Source: a virus (lineage: Duplodnaviria; Heunggongvirae; Uroviricota; Caudoviricetes). Taken from it: a DNA stretch of 33,961 bases. The notes beneath the pieces are model-generated. The model saw nothing but the letters and a program-made list of their open reading frames with translations, was not told the DNA's origin and did no database searches. How positions within the stretch are numbered: the stretch's first letter is position 1; every line of letters begins with the position of its first letter. Of this stretch, positions 14,831-24,258 are shown one piece after another. The stretch is taken from the IMG/VR virus record IMGVR_UViG_3300037067_019759. One strand, 5' to 3'. The translations under genes and the position numbers were made by a program.

Positions 14831-14910
14831 TAGTTGTCGCCCATAGATCCTGTGTAGTTATCACAATAGTGAAACGTTGAACCAGGAATTGATTATTAAA
14901 ATCAAATCAA

Positions 14911-15480
14911 ATGAAGGAATTAAAACCAATTATAATAACCGGCGATGGCTTGGGCCAAGGCGGGTTTTATCAAAAAAATGAATATGCGCAGAACATTTTA
15001 TTAAAAGCATTGTCCAGTGGTATCACTGACGTGCAAGAATTACGGCGCTTAGCGGGGTTAAGAACGGCAGTTGATGTTTATCGCACGCTGGACAAAATGG
15101 CAATTCGCAAGGACTATCATCGGGCATTAAGTGATGCCGGGTTAAGTTTGGATTACGTAGTAGGAAAAATAAAAAATATTATTGATAATGAAGATGGTAA
15201 AGACGATACCAAACTTAAAGCGTTGCAGACGCTGATGACTTCGCTTGGTTTAGATAAGTATCAGAAGGAAGAAGAAGGCGGTAAAAATTGGGAAGAAGCT
15301 ATTATCGGAGCTTTGGAAAAGACTGAACAAAAACAATTAGATGATCCTTCAAATTTAAATAAAGACAATTCGTTGGAAGTTGATGATTATGAAGTAGTGA
15401 TTCCTGAAGTTCCTCAAGAGGCGGTGGATCAAAGAAAAAAAGAAGAAGAATTGGGAAAGGAAATTTATGGAGATATCTAA
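14911..15480 (+). CDS. terS: Probable terminase small subunit
   Basis: Overlaps the terL start; SLDYVVGKIKNII..DDTKLKALQTLMTSLGL resembles the TerS oligomerisation helices. Confidence 0.65.
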   Translation: MKELKPIIITGDGLGQGGFYQKNEYAQNILLKALSSGITDVQELRRLAGLRTAVDVYRTLDKMAIRKDYHRALSDAGLSLDYVVGKIKNIIDNEDGKDDTKLKALQTLMTSLGLDKYQKEEEGGKNWEEAIIGALEKTEQKQLDDPSNLNKDNSLEVDDYEVVIPEVPQEAVDQRKKEEELGKEIYGDI

Positions 15481-18400
15481 AGAAGAAACTTTAAAAAGAT
15501 TGCGTGATCCGAAATTTTATTTAGAAAATTTTTGTCGTATTAAGGGAAAATTGCAAGGTAGTCTTATCCCGTTTGTTTTAAATGAAGCACAGAAAGATTT
15601 GTTTAATACGTTGAAGAAATATTCGCGTATTTTAATTAACAAGGGTCGGCAATTAGGAACTTCAACTGGTGCTGTAGGTTGGATTTATCATAATACAATA
15701 ACAAACCCAGGGACTACCAGCGCCTTGATTGGATATAATACGCAATTAACTGCTGAATTACTTGATAAAGTTAAAACATTATATCAATCTACGCCTGATG
15801 AATTAAAACCAACAATCCATTATAATTCCAGATGGGAAATAAGTTTTCCTAAAATTAATTCTAAAATTTTAGTGATTGCCGCTGGTGATAGCGTAGGGCG
15901 TGGTTTTACTTTAAATAATGTTCTCTGCGTTTCGGGAGAAATTGAAGTTTTTATTGAAAATGGATTTACTAAAAAAGTTAAAGACATAAAAGATGGTGAT
16001 TTTATTTTAAACGGAAGGGGCGGATTGGCAAAAGTAAAAATGGTTATAAAAAAGAAAAATGATAAAAATTTATTAAGAATAAAAATAGTTGGTAATAATG
16101 ATCTTGTAGTAACAGAAGATCACGAAATTTTAGTTAGAGGCAGTAAATTAAATGGATATAAGCATGAATGGAAAAAAGCTTCAGATTTAACTAATAAGGA
16201 TAGAATTGGATATCCTCATTTTCAATGTAGAAACAGAAATAAAACCATTAAAATACCTAATATAATAAATGAAGATTATTTAAGTAGAAGTAATTTAAGT
16301 AAAGTTAATAATGTAATTAATATAGATTATAACTTTGGGTTATTTATTGGTTGGTATTTAGCAGAAGGAAATATAAAAAAAAATGTAAAAAAAGATTTTA
16401 GCGGAGTACAATTTTCAATTCATAAAGATGAGGTCGATGAGGTGTTGGGAGTAATAGAAAAAAGTGTAAAAAAAAATGTTGGCAAGATATCGGTATATTA
16501 TAGCAAAAAAAGTAAGACAGCAGTTATTAATTTATATGATAAAAATTTTTCTAAATTTATTTATGATATATTCGGAGATGGATCATTAAATAAAATAATT
16601 AATGATTGTATTTGGTATTGGAATACTGATTTTGCATATGGTCTTCTTGCTGGATTGTTTAAGGGCAATGGATATTTAAAAAAAACTAATAGATCTCAAC
16701 TAATTAGTATTAATAAACAATTAATATATCAAGTAAAAAAACTTTTAATTTCCTTGAGAATAGGAATGCCTAATATCAATCATCATGATACTAATAGATA
16801 TGGAGTAAAAAATCAACATCGCTATGATTTAATATTAGGCGGTAAATCTAATTATAAGTTTAGAAAAAAATTAAATTTTGAATTACCAATTTACGATAAT
16901 GGCAGAGGAAAATGGTTGTTAGAAAATTTGCCTAATGTAAATCAGGGACATGGTACATCAAGAAAAGGGCGATACTTTTTTTGGTCAAAAATAAATAAAA
17001 TAGAAAAAAGTGATCATGAAGAATATGTATATGACATAGTAATGGATAAATCACCGCATAGTTTTTTAACGGTTTCAGGGGTAGTTCATAATTGCACTGA
17101 GCTTCCACAATGGGAAAATGCGGAAGAAAAACTAATTGCTTTGGAAGCTTCGGTACCGATTAGTGGTAAATTAATAATAGAATCAACTCCAATGTGGGTG
17201 GGAGATCTTTTCCACCGCTTGTGGGTTACCAAAGATAACGGTTATGTTAAAAAAGAATACGGCTGGTGGTGGGGGTATAGTTTTGAAGAGAAGGAAATTA
17301 TAAAAAAGAGAATGAACAACCCAATTAAGTTCGGACGCGAGTATGAACTTAAATTTCTTTCTACCGGTTTGGCGGTGTTTGATACGGATAAAATTCAAGG
17401 ACATTTTAAAAATATTTTAAAAGTAGGCGACAGCGTAAAGAATGAAGATGGCAGTGAAACGTTGGTGGAGAAATATGGCGATTGGGTGATTTATAAGAAA
17501 CCTAATCCTACGCATTTCTACTCGGTTGGTTGTTTACCTGACGGAGAAAAAGTTTTGACAAATAGTGGTTTAAAAAATATAGAAGATATTAATTTTAATG
17601 ATAAACTTATAGATGCTAATGGAAAAATTGTAAAAATAAAAAATATACAAAGAAGATATTATGAAGGAAAAATAATAGAAATAAAACCAAACTACACCTC
17701 TTTTTGTACAAAATTTACACCAGAACATCCCATTCTAGTATTGAAAGATAATAAATTATATAGAGAACAAAAAAAAATTAGTAGTAATTATGGAGAACGA
17801 TATTATAAAACAGATACTTTTTGGAAAATTGCTAAAGATTTAACTGAAAATGATATTTGTAAAATTCCTATTAGATTTAAAAAAGAATTATCAAAAAATA
17901 AAATATTAAAACGTTTTTCTAAGCAAAAAAATGTTAGAATTGATAGAAGATTAAATCCTAATATAATTTTAGAGGAAGATTTTTGGTTTTTTATTGGTTT
18001 ATGGTTAGCTGAAGGATGGACAACTCAAGATATAATTAGAAATGATAGAATAATTAATACCTATGGTGTGACTATTCATTTAAATGCTCTAACAGAAAAA
18101 TTTTTAGTTAATAAAATTTTAAAAGTTATTAAAAAGTATTTTAATAGAAATGTTAATTATAGGGTTAAACAAGAATGTAATGTAATTGATATTAAGTTTA
18201 ATTCAGAAGTGATTCATAAATTTATAAATGATAACTTTGGTCAAAAAGCTAAAAATAAAGATATAAAAGAATGGATTAAATATTTACCAGCTAATTTAAA
18301 GATGGCGTTGTTTAATGGATACAGAACAGGAGATGGATGTGAATCAATGCAAAAAAATGGATTATCTATAAATTGTGTTTCTATATCAGAAAAATTGTTA

Positions 18401-19285
18401 TATGATTTTCAAGAAATTCTTTTATCTATGGATATTATTTCTGCGGTTGGGGTATTAAGAAAAGAGGGGTATCATACAATTAATGACAGGAAATGTTATT
18501 GTCAAAAAACATTTCAATTAAATATTTCAGTTAGAGATTCTGAGAAGATATTAAATAAAAATAATAAATTTTTTAGAAAAAGACATAAAAGATATGGATG
18601 GATAAAGGATGGATTTTTATATGTGAAAATAGGAAGAATAAAGAAAGTTTATTATAATGGATTTGTTAATAATTTTGAAACTGAAACTCATAGCTATCAA
18701 TCTCCATTTTTAATTACACATAATTGCGACGTGGCCGAAGGATTAGAAGGTGGAGATTTTTCCTGCGCTGTAATTTGGGACAGAACTACTGGCGAGGAAG
18801 TAGCATTCTACCATCGTTATATTCCTCCTGATGTATTTGCTAAAGAATTAAACACGGTCGGCAGATTATATAATAACGCATTGATGGTGGTGGAAATTAA
18901 TAACCATGGTTTAACTGTCGTTTCAAATTTAAAACAATTATTATACCCTAATTTTTATTTCCGGCTGGAGAAGTACGAAACAATAGGGATGACTAGCAGT
19001 GACCGGATTGGTTGGAAAACAAATAAGATGACGCGTCCGGTATTGATTGATGAGTTTGACAAAGCATTCCGCGAGGATTTACTTTTAATCCACAGTAAGG
19101 AATTATTAGATGAAATGATTGTGTTTATTTATGATAAGAATGGAGATATGAACGCTACGCCCGGTTACAAAGATGATTCTATCTTCGCGGCGGCGATTGG
19201 TTGGCAAGGATTTAAAGTGACCTCTGCCGTCGCGCTTGAGCAGTTGGACTACAATTCTTATCTCCCGAAGTCATACGCGTACTAA
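15467..19285 (+). CDS. terL: Terminase large subunit with two inteins (about 485 aa after splicing)
   Basis: INKGRQLGTST (Walker A); GRGFTLNNVL/CTE (Walker B region); IIESTP; YSVG/CDVAEG..GGDFS and EINNHG, KDDSIFA (RNase H-like nuclease). Confidence 0.93.
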   Translation: MEISKEETLKRLRDPKFYLENFCRIKGKLQGSLIPFVLNEAQKDLFNTLKKYSRILINKGRQLGTSTGAVGWIYHNTITNPGTTSALIGYNTQLTAELLDKVKTLYQSTPDELKPTIHYNSRWEISFPKINSKILVIAAGDSVGRGFTLNNVLCVSGEIEVFIENGFTKKVKDIKDGDFILNGRGGLAKVKMVIKKKNDKNLLRIKIVGNNDLVVTEDHEILVRGSKLNGYKHEWKKASDLTNKDRIGYPHFQCRNRNKTIKIPNIINEDYLSRSNLSKVNNVINIDYNFGLFIGWYLAEGNIKKNVKKDFSGVQFSIHKDEVDEVLGVIEKSVKKNVGKISVYYSKKSKTAVINLYDKNFSKFIYDIFGDGSLNKIINDCIWYWNTDFAYGLLAGLFKGNGYLKKTNRSQLISINKQLIYQVKKLLISLRIGMPNINHHDTNRYGVKNQHRYDLILGGKSNYKFRKKLNFELPIYDNGRGKWLLENLPNVNQGHGTSRKGRYFFWSKINKIEKSDHEEYVYDIVMDKSPHSFLTVSGVVHNCTELPQWENAEEKLIALEASVPISGKLIIESTPMWVGDLFHRLWVTKDNGYVKKEYGWWWGYSFEEKEIIKKRMNNPIKFGREYELKFLSTGLAVFDTDKIQGHFKNILKVGDSVKNEDGSETLVEKYGDWVIYKKPNPTHFYSVGCLPDGEKVLTNSGLKNIEDINFNDKLIDANGKIVKIKNIQRRYYEGKIIEIKPNYTSFCTKFTPEHPILVLKDNKLYREQKKISSNYGERYYKTDTFWKIAKDLTENDICKIPIRFKKELSKNKILKRFSKQKNVRIDRRLNPNIILEEDFWFFIGLWLAEGWTTQDIIRNDRIINTYGVTIHLNALTEKFLVNKILKVIKKYFNRNVNYRVKQECNVIDIKFNSEVIHKFINDNFGQKAKNKDIKEWIKYLPANLKMALFNGYRTGDGCESMQKNGLSINCVSISEKLLYDFQEILLSMDIISAVGVLRKEGYHTINDRKCYCQKTFQLNISVRDSEKILNKNNKFFRKRHKRYGWIKDGFLYVKIGRIKKVYYNGFVNNFETETHSYQSPFLITHNCDVAEGLEGGDFSCAVIWDRTTGEEVAFYHRYIPPDVFAKELNTVGRLYNNALMVVEINNHGLTVVSNLKQLLYPNFYFRLEKYETIGMTSSDRIGWKTNKMTRPVLIDEFDKAFREDLLLIHSKELLDEMIVFIYDKNGDMNATPGYKDDSIFAAAIGWQGFKVTSAVALEQLDYNSYLPKSYAY
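15926..17092 (+). mobile_element. Intein 1 (389 aa) with LAGLIDADG endonuclease domain
   Basis: Begins CVSGEIEV, has block B TEDHEILV and GWYLAEG / AGLFKGNG, ends VVHN before +1 Cys. Confidence 0.92.
17531..18724 (+). mobile_element. Intein 2 (398 aa) with LAGLIDADG endonuclease domain
   Basis: Begins CLPDGEKV, has TPEHPILV and GLWLAEG / GYRTGDG, ends ITHN before +1 Cys. Confidence 0.92.
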
Positions 19286-19289
19286 AAAT

Positions 19290-19454
19290 ATGATTAAAAA
19301 TAACAAAAAATTATTTATAATTAGAAAATATGTTTATGCTGAAGATGCGCAAGATGCTATTAAGAAAGAAAAAAAACAAGGAGTTAGTGATTGCTGGGTT
19401 GATGAAGAATGGAAAAAGAAACAATTAGATAATAATAATAAAATAGGATTTTAA
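19290..19454 (+). CDS. Small hypothetical protein (start moved to ATG 19290)
   Basis: ATG 4 nt after the terL stop. Confidence 0.55.
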   Translation: MIKNNKKLFIIRKYVYAEDAQDAIKKEKKQGVSDCWVDEEWKKKQLDNNNKIGF

Positions 19455-19458
19455 TTTT

Positions 19459-20067
19459 ATGTCATTTCTAAATGTTGAATTAAAAGGGAATACAGTTAAA
19501 GAAAAGATTGAAAATAGGTTAAAAGAATTAAACCAAAAAATTAATCCGGTAAGTATTGTCATTAACAGTATTAAAAAAAATACAGAAAAAAATATTAATA
19601 AAAAAATTACGGCAGAAAGTTTATCTAGTTCTTTAAATAAAATAAAAAGTAGAAATTTATTACCGGGGGAAACTGAATATGATACGGTTACAAAAGAAAC
19701 AAGAAAATATCCGGATAATAATATTGATTATAAAAAATTTAAAGCAACTTATTATAATCCTACTGATATTAATCAAACTAAAAAAAACAATATTGGTGTA
19801 GGAGCTTTTAATAAACCAGTAGAATTTGGAGACGTAGCAATGGGAGTCCGAAAATATAAACAAGGTACTTTGATTGAAATACCTGAATTAAAAGATGTTA
19901 AAACACCATACGGAGATGGAGTATTTAGAATAAACGACAAAAAAAATATTCGTTACGATACGGGAGAAGATAGTTTTGATATTGCCTTGCCGACAGAGCA
20001 TCCTAAATCTAAAGAATTATCAGAAAGAATAGGAAATAATACTTTTAGTTTTAAAATAATAAATTAA
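19459..20067 (+). CDS. Protein with C-terminal 3D/RlpA-like double-psi barrel
   Basis: FKATYYNP...GDVAMG...GTLIEI...FRINDK...DSFDIAL follows the 3D-domain layout. Confidence 0.6.
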   Translation: MSFLNVELKGNTVKEKIENRLKELNQKINPVSIVINSIKKNTEKNINKKITAESLSSSLNKIKSRNLLPGETEYDTVTKETRKYPDNNIDYKKFKATYYNPTDINQTKKNNIGVGAFNKPVEFGDVAMGVRKYKQGTLIEIPELKDVKTPYGDGVFRINDKKNIRYDTGEDSFDIALPTEHPKSKELSERIGNNTFSFKIIN

Positions 20068-20071
20068 CTAT

Positions 20072-22132
20072 ATGGCAAGCCGAAAAACATATGATGCAAA
20101 ACGATTTGGCGGGGCGGAAGAAGAAGCAATGATGGTGAAATTCAAGATACAACGTGATGATGCGAAACAATATTTTGAAAATATTATTAAACCGCGGTTG
20201 GATAGAGCATACAAATTATATATCGCTTATAACGGCGATCGGGCAAAAGAAATAAAAAGTTGGCAAGCTAATGTGTTTGTCCCCTATATTCAATCAGTAG
20301 TGGAAACGTTAATGCCTCGTATTCTTGACGCACGTCCTGATTTTACAGTGCAAGGGAGAGGCCCCGAGGATCAATTGAAAGCTAATCGCGTGCAGAATAC
20401 GTTGGATTATACTTGGGAGATAGCCAATATGGACCCCACGGCGGAGATAGTTGCGCGTTCGTCTTTAATTTATGGTACCGGTTTTTTAGAAGTCGGTTGG
20501 AAAAAAGATGTACGAACTTATAAATTTTTAAGTACTAAAGATTTAGCTAAGAAAAAATATGTGTGGAAAGAAAAGAAGCAAGTCTTTTATGATGCTCCTT
20601 TTTGCGAATGGGTTGATAATTATAACCTTTGGTATGATTGGCATAACATTCCACGCGAGAGTAAACAATATTGGTTTAAACGTTTGATATTAAGCGGAGC
20701 GGAAATTAAACGTCGATTTCCGTATTATGACGAAGAACGATTGGCTATTGCCTTGGAAAAGAATAGTGGTAATTTAATTGATTATGCGCAAATTAGAAAT
20801 ACGGTTAAGTTAACTCATGATAGTGTAGTTAAGGGAGCTGATTTTGGTCAAGGATATAGCGGGATAGGTAGTGATATTTATAATAATACTAGCGATCCTG
20901 ATTTAAGAATGCATGAAGTATTTTGTTGGACTAGACCGTTTGACGATGCTTATGCGGTAATAATAAATGAAGTTCCGATATTAAAAGGAGCGGTGATGCC
21001 TATTTTATATGATTTTAAGGAAACTACTTTTATTGATATTCCTTGTTTGAAATTACCAAATGAATTTGAGGGCATAGGATTCCCGATGCTTTTAGAAAAT
21101 TCGCAGATAATGTTGAATATGATTAAGAATCAACGATTAGACGCGGTGACACTTAATATCCATAAAATGTGGATAGTAAATCCGTTGGCTAATATTAATA
21201 AAGCCGATTTAGTTACCAGGCCATTTGGTATTATTTATTCTCCAGACCCAAATGGAGTGCGAGAGGTGCAATTTTCAGATGTTAAATCTAGCGCCTATAA
21301 AGAGGAAGATAGCGTTAAGAGTGATATGCGGTACGCTTCCGGTGTTGATGATTTTTCAATGGGAGCGGGAGGTTCTGCCAGTAGCGCTACGGAAGTGCGT
21401 CATTTAAGAGAATCTACTTTGGAGCGCGTGCGTTTGTTTGTTAATCATCTGGGAGATTCTTATTCTAAGGTAATGCGTTGTTGGATTTCAATGTATCGCC
21501 AATTTTTAAGCGAACCAATGAGAATAAGAATAACCGGAGAGAATGGCAAGGTAGAATTTCCTTTAATTGAAAAAGATGATTTGATGGGACAGTTTGATTT
21601 TAAAGCAACTGTAATTCCGTCTATCGCCGGTAAGAATGATGTGGATAAGAAACAGAATATGGATTTGTTTCAATTATTATCACAAATGCCATTTATTGAT
21701 TTGCAGAAGCTTACGTCTAAGGTATTATTGCCTTGGGGTTGGGATTTGGAATCGATAGTAGCAGAGAGTCAGCCAGCGTCGGAAGGTACCACTGGGTTAG
21801 AAGAAATGATGCCACAGGAAGCAACGGCAGAGGATGAACTGCCACAAATTGGTAGTGGAGAAGTGCCACAAAGCGTTATTGACCAAGCGGTAGCAATGAT
21901 TGGCGGTGCTCCGGCAGAAGGAGCGTCCCCATTCACAGAAGCGTCTAACCCGATAAATCTATTGCAAGGTGGAGGTACGCCCCCAACAGCGCCGGGAATA
22001 CCAGCTAGCACAACAAATCCTCGTGGTATGAGTAGGGGCGCAGGGTCAAAAGTGAATACTAATATACCAAATAATGCTAATAATTCAGTGGAATCTAATT
22101 TACTTAACCGCGTGAATAGTATTCAAAGGTGA
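20072..22132 (+). CDS. Portal protein (large, P22-like type)
   Basis: 686 aa between terL and the scaffold/capsid genes; helical core and a low-complexity C-terminal tail. Confidence 0.8.
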   Translation: MASRKTYDAKRFGGAEEEAMMVKFKIQRDDAKQYFENIIKPRLDRAYKLYIAYNGDRAKEIKSWQANVFVPYIQSVVETLMPRILDARPDFTVQGRGPEDQLKANRVQNTLDYTWEIANMDPTAEIVARSSLIYGTGFLEVGWKKDVRTYKFLSTKDLAKKKYVWKEKKQVFYDAPFCEWVDNYNLWYDWHNIPRESKQYWFKRLILSGAEIKRRFPYYDEERLAIALEKNSGNLIDYAQIRNTVKLTHDSVVKGADFGQGYSGIGSDIYNNTSDPDLRMHEVFCWTRPFDDAYAVIINEVPILKGAVMPILYDFKETTFIDIPCLKLPNEFEGIGFPMLLENSQIMLNMIKNQRLDAVTLNIHKMWIVNPLANINKADLVTRPFGIIYSPDPNGVREVQFSDVKSSAYKEEDSVKSDMRYASGVDDFSMGAGGSASSATEVRHLRESTLERVRLFVNHLGDSYSKVMRCWISMYRQFLSEPMRIRITGENGKVEFPLIEKDDLMGQFDFKATVIPSIAGKNDVDKKQNMDLFQLLSQMPFIDLQKLTSKVLLPWGWDLESIVAESQPASEGTTGLEEMMPQEATAEDELPQIGSGEVPQSVIDQAVAMIGGAPAEGASPFTEASNPINLLQGGGTPPTAPGIPASTTNPRGMSRGAGSKVNTNIPNNANNSVESNLLNRVNSIQR

Positions 22133-22157
22133 GTATTTATTAATTAATTTTAATTAT

Positions 22158-22490
22158 ATGTCAATGCAAAAAGCAGTGTCAACGATAAAAGGGGCTAAAG
22201 AAGCTATGGAAAATTTTTATTCTGCTTATGTTTCTGGAAATTTAAATAAACGTAATTTAAGAAAAAAAGTTGTTGATAATTTACGCAACGATCTCCCTAG
22301 CACTATTATGGGAAGTAAAAATTATAAAAAAGCGGCAAAAGAAATTGATAAATTATCAATAGAAGAAAATATAGGAGTTGCTCGTAAATACGTGAAAGAT
22401 CAACTTACTAAATTGGAGGGACAGACAAAAGACACCGGTAGTTATGGTTGGGTTATGGAAAGATTAAAAAAATATAAAAATGTTAAATAA
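22158..22490 (+). CDS. Hypothetical protein
   Basis: ATG ORF in the head operon. Confidence 0.65.
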   Translation: MSMQKAVSTIKGAKEAMENFYSAYVSGNLNKRNLRKKVVDNLRNDLPSTIMGSKNYKKAAKEIDKLSIEENIGVARKYVKDQLTKLEGQTKDTGSYGWVMERLKKYKNVK

Positions 22491-22502
22491 TATCAAAAAT
22501 AT

Positions 22503-22937
22503 ATGAAGAAAAAAGAAAAAATAAAAGCAATTCCTAAAGAAGAAAAACTTATAGAGAAAATAAAAGAAGAAAAAAAAGAGGAAGTTAAAATAGAAGAAAA
22601 ACCAGCGTTTGTTGAGGAATATCCTGCTTTTGTTGAGTTTAGTAAGATGAACGATAGGGAAATGGAACATTATTTGTTTGAATTGTCAAGCACTATCTAT
22701 TGGCAAGCTATTTTAAAGTTTATACGACAAAGAGACGGAGATATTTTAACCACTTTGATTAGTTTGGATCCGTTTGCTCAACCTACTCTTGTGTCCAGGA
22801 ATCAAGGAGAGCGAGTTGGTATTTATGATATTGAGAATTTTATAAATAGTTTAATAGAAAAAATAAGAGAAGAAAACAAATCTAAACAAGAAAAAGAAGC
22901 GGATGACAAGAAAGTCCCCGGGTATGGAAATTGGTAA
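22503..22937 (+). CDS. Hypothetical head-module protein
   Basis: WQAILKFI...NQGERVGIYDIENFI; position after the portal is typical of small podoviral head-module genes. Confidence 0.7.
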   Translation: MKKKEKIKAIPKEEKLIEKIKEEKKEEVKIEEKPAFVEEYPAFVEFSKMNDREMEHYLFELSSTIYWQAILKFIRQRDGDILTTLISLDPFAQPTLVSRNQGERVGIYDIENFINSLIEKIREENKSKQEKEADDKKVPGYGNW

Positions 22938-22949
22938 ATAGATAAAAGT

Positions 22950-22967
22950 TTGGATTTATGGTATAAT
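22950..22967 (+). promoter_or_regulatory. Extended -10 promoter with TTGGA box, upstream of scaffold/capsid genes
   Basis: TTGGATTTATGGTATAAT, identical to 12863-80; TAGATA at the -35 position. Confidence 0.75.
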
Positions 22968-22989
22968 ATAATTAATTAATTTTAAATGT

Positions 22990-23136
22990 ATGCCTTACAC
23001 TAATATGCCAAAAGAATTATGGAAAGATATGGAATCTTGTTGTGCAAAAGTAAAAGCGGAAGGAAAAGTAAAGAATTATTACGCTATATGTTATAGTTCT
23101 ATAATGAAAGGTAATAAAAAACAAGATAAAAAATAA
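22990..23136 (+). CDS. 48-aa protein (not in ORF track)
   Basis: MPYTNMPKELWKDMESCCAKVKAEGKVKNYYAICYSS...; resembles small phage C..V..G...AIC proteins. Confidence 0.6.
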   Translation: MPYTNMPKELWKDMESCCAKVKAEGKVKNYYAICYSSIMKGNKKQDKK

Positions 23137-23157
23137 TTTATGAATTAATATAAAATT

Positions 23158-23358
23158 ATGAAATTGACAAAAGAAAGGCGAACATCAATCGCTAAAGCGG
23201 AAAAACTTGTAGAAATAATAGGAGCGATGAAAAATAAGTTAGATAAAAGAAAGGAAGATAATCCTAAAGTAGATTTGGCATCTATTGCTGAAAAGGTAGG
23301 AAAAGAAATGAGAGAAAAGATGGAAAAAAACACAGTTAGTAAAACAAAAAATGAATAA
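23158..23358 (+). CDS. Small charged hypothetical protein
   Basis: ATG ORF in the head operon. Confidence 0.6.
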   Translation: MKLTKERRTSIAKAEKLVEIIGAMKNKLDKRKEDNPKVDLASIAEKVGKEMREKMEKNTVSKTKNE

Positions 23359-23391
23359 TTTAAATAAAAAATTGTGATTATAAATTAACAT

Positions 23392-24219
23392 ATGAATATG
23401 ACCGAAGAAAAAAAAATAGAGTCCGTTAACGCGGGAAACTCTGACAACTTTATATCTAAGGATGGTCCAACAGCTAATGAGATAGCTGGTGGGAAACCAA
23501 ATGAGTCAACATCTCAAGAAAAAGTTAATTTGGAAGATTATGTTCCAAAAAAACAATACGATGAAGCAACGTCTAAAGTGTCTGAACAAGGTTCTGAATT
23601 AGGAGCATTAAGAGAATTCGTTAAAGAAGTTTCTCCTTTAATTGAAAAAATGAGGGAAAACCCAGCTTTAGTAGAAGCTATTATGAACGACAAAATCGAT
23701 TTAGAACTTGCGCAGGCGGTAATGGACGGAAAAGTGACAATAAAAGAAGCGACAGAAGTCGCAGAAGCTCACAAAGAAGTTAAGAAAGAGTTAGGAGAAA
23801 AAGAATACTCTAAAACATCTGAAAAAGATATTGAGAAATTAATATCTGATAAACTTAAAGACGTAGATTCCAAAATTGACAAGAAGTTTAACGAAGTTAA
23901 TGTTAAATTTGAAGGTAAAAAACTTGAGGAAGACACGGCTGAGTTTATTAAAAATACGCCAGATTATCTTGAATATGCGGAGCAAATAGCCGATTATTTA
24001 AAAGAAAATGGCAAATGGGATGTCTCAGAAGCATATTATATTGTCAAAGGAAAAGCTTTAACTGAAAAAGCTGTTAAAGAGAATGATAAAAACGCTTCGG
24101 AAGCGGCTAAAGATATAGCGGCTAACGCAGGCGGCGGATCTTCTCAGGGCGGTAAAATCAGTGGGAGAGATTTGGTCGATGATTTAATTGCCGGAGGAAG
24201 AAATCCTAATTATCTTTAA
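23392..24219 (+). CDS. Capsid scaffolding protein
   Basis: Immediately before the MCP; acidic and helical; YDEATSKVSEQGSELGALR and a Gly-rich C-terminus. Confidence 0.75.
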   Translation: MNMTEEKKIESVNAGNSDNFISKDGPTANEIAGGKPNESTSQEKVNLEDYVPKKQYDEATSKVSEQGSELGALREFVKEVSPLIEKMRENPALVEAIMNDKIDLELAQAVMDGKVTIKEATEVAEAHKEVKKELGEKEYSKTSEKDIEKLISDKLKDVDSKIDKKFNEVNVKFEGKKLEEDTAEFIKNTPDYLEYAEQIADYLKENGKWDVSEAYYIVKGKALTEKAVKENDKNASEAAKDIAANAGGGSSQGGKISGRDLVDDLIAGGRNPNYL

Positions 24220-24258
24220 ACTTCATGTGGGCTATTAATTAATAAATAAAGAATTAAT

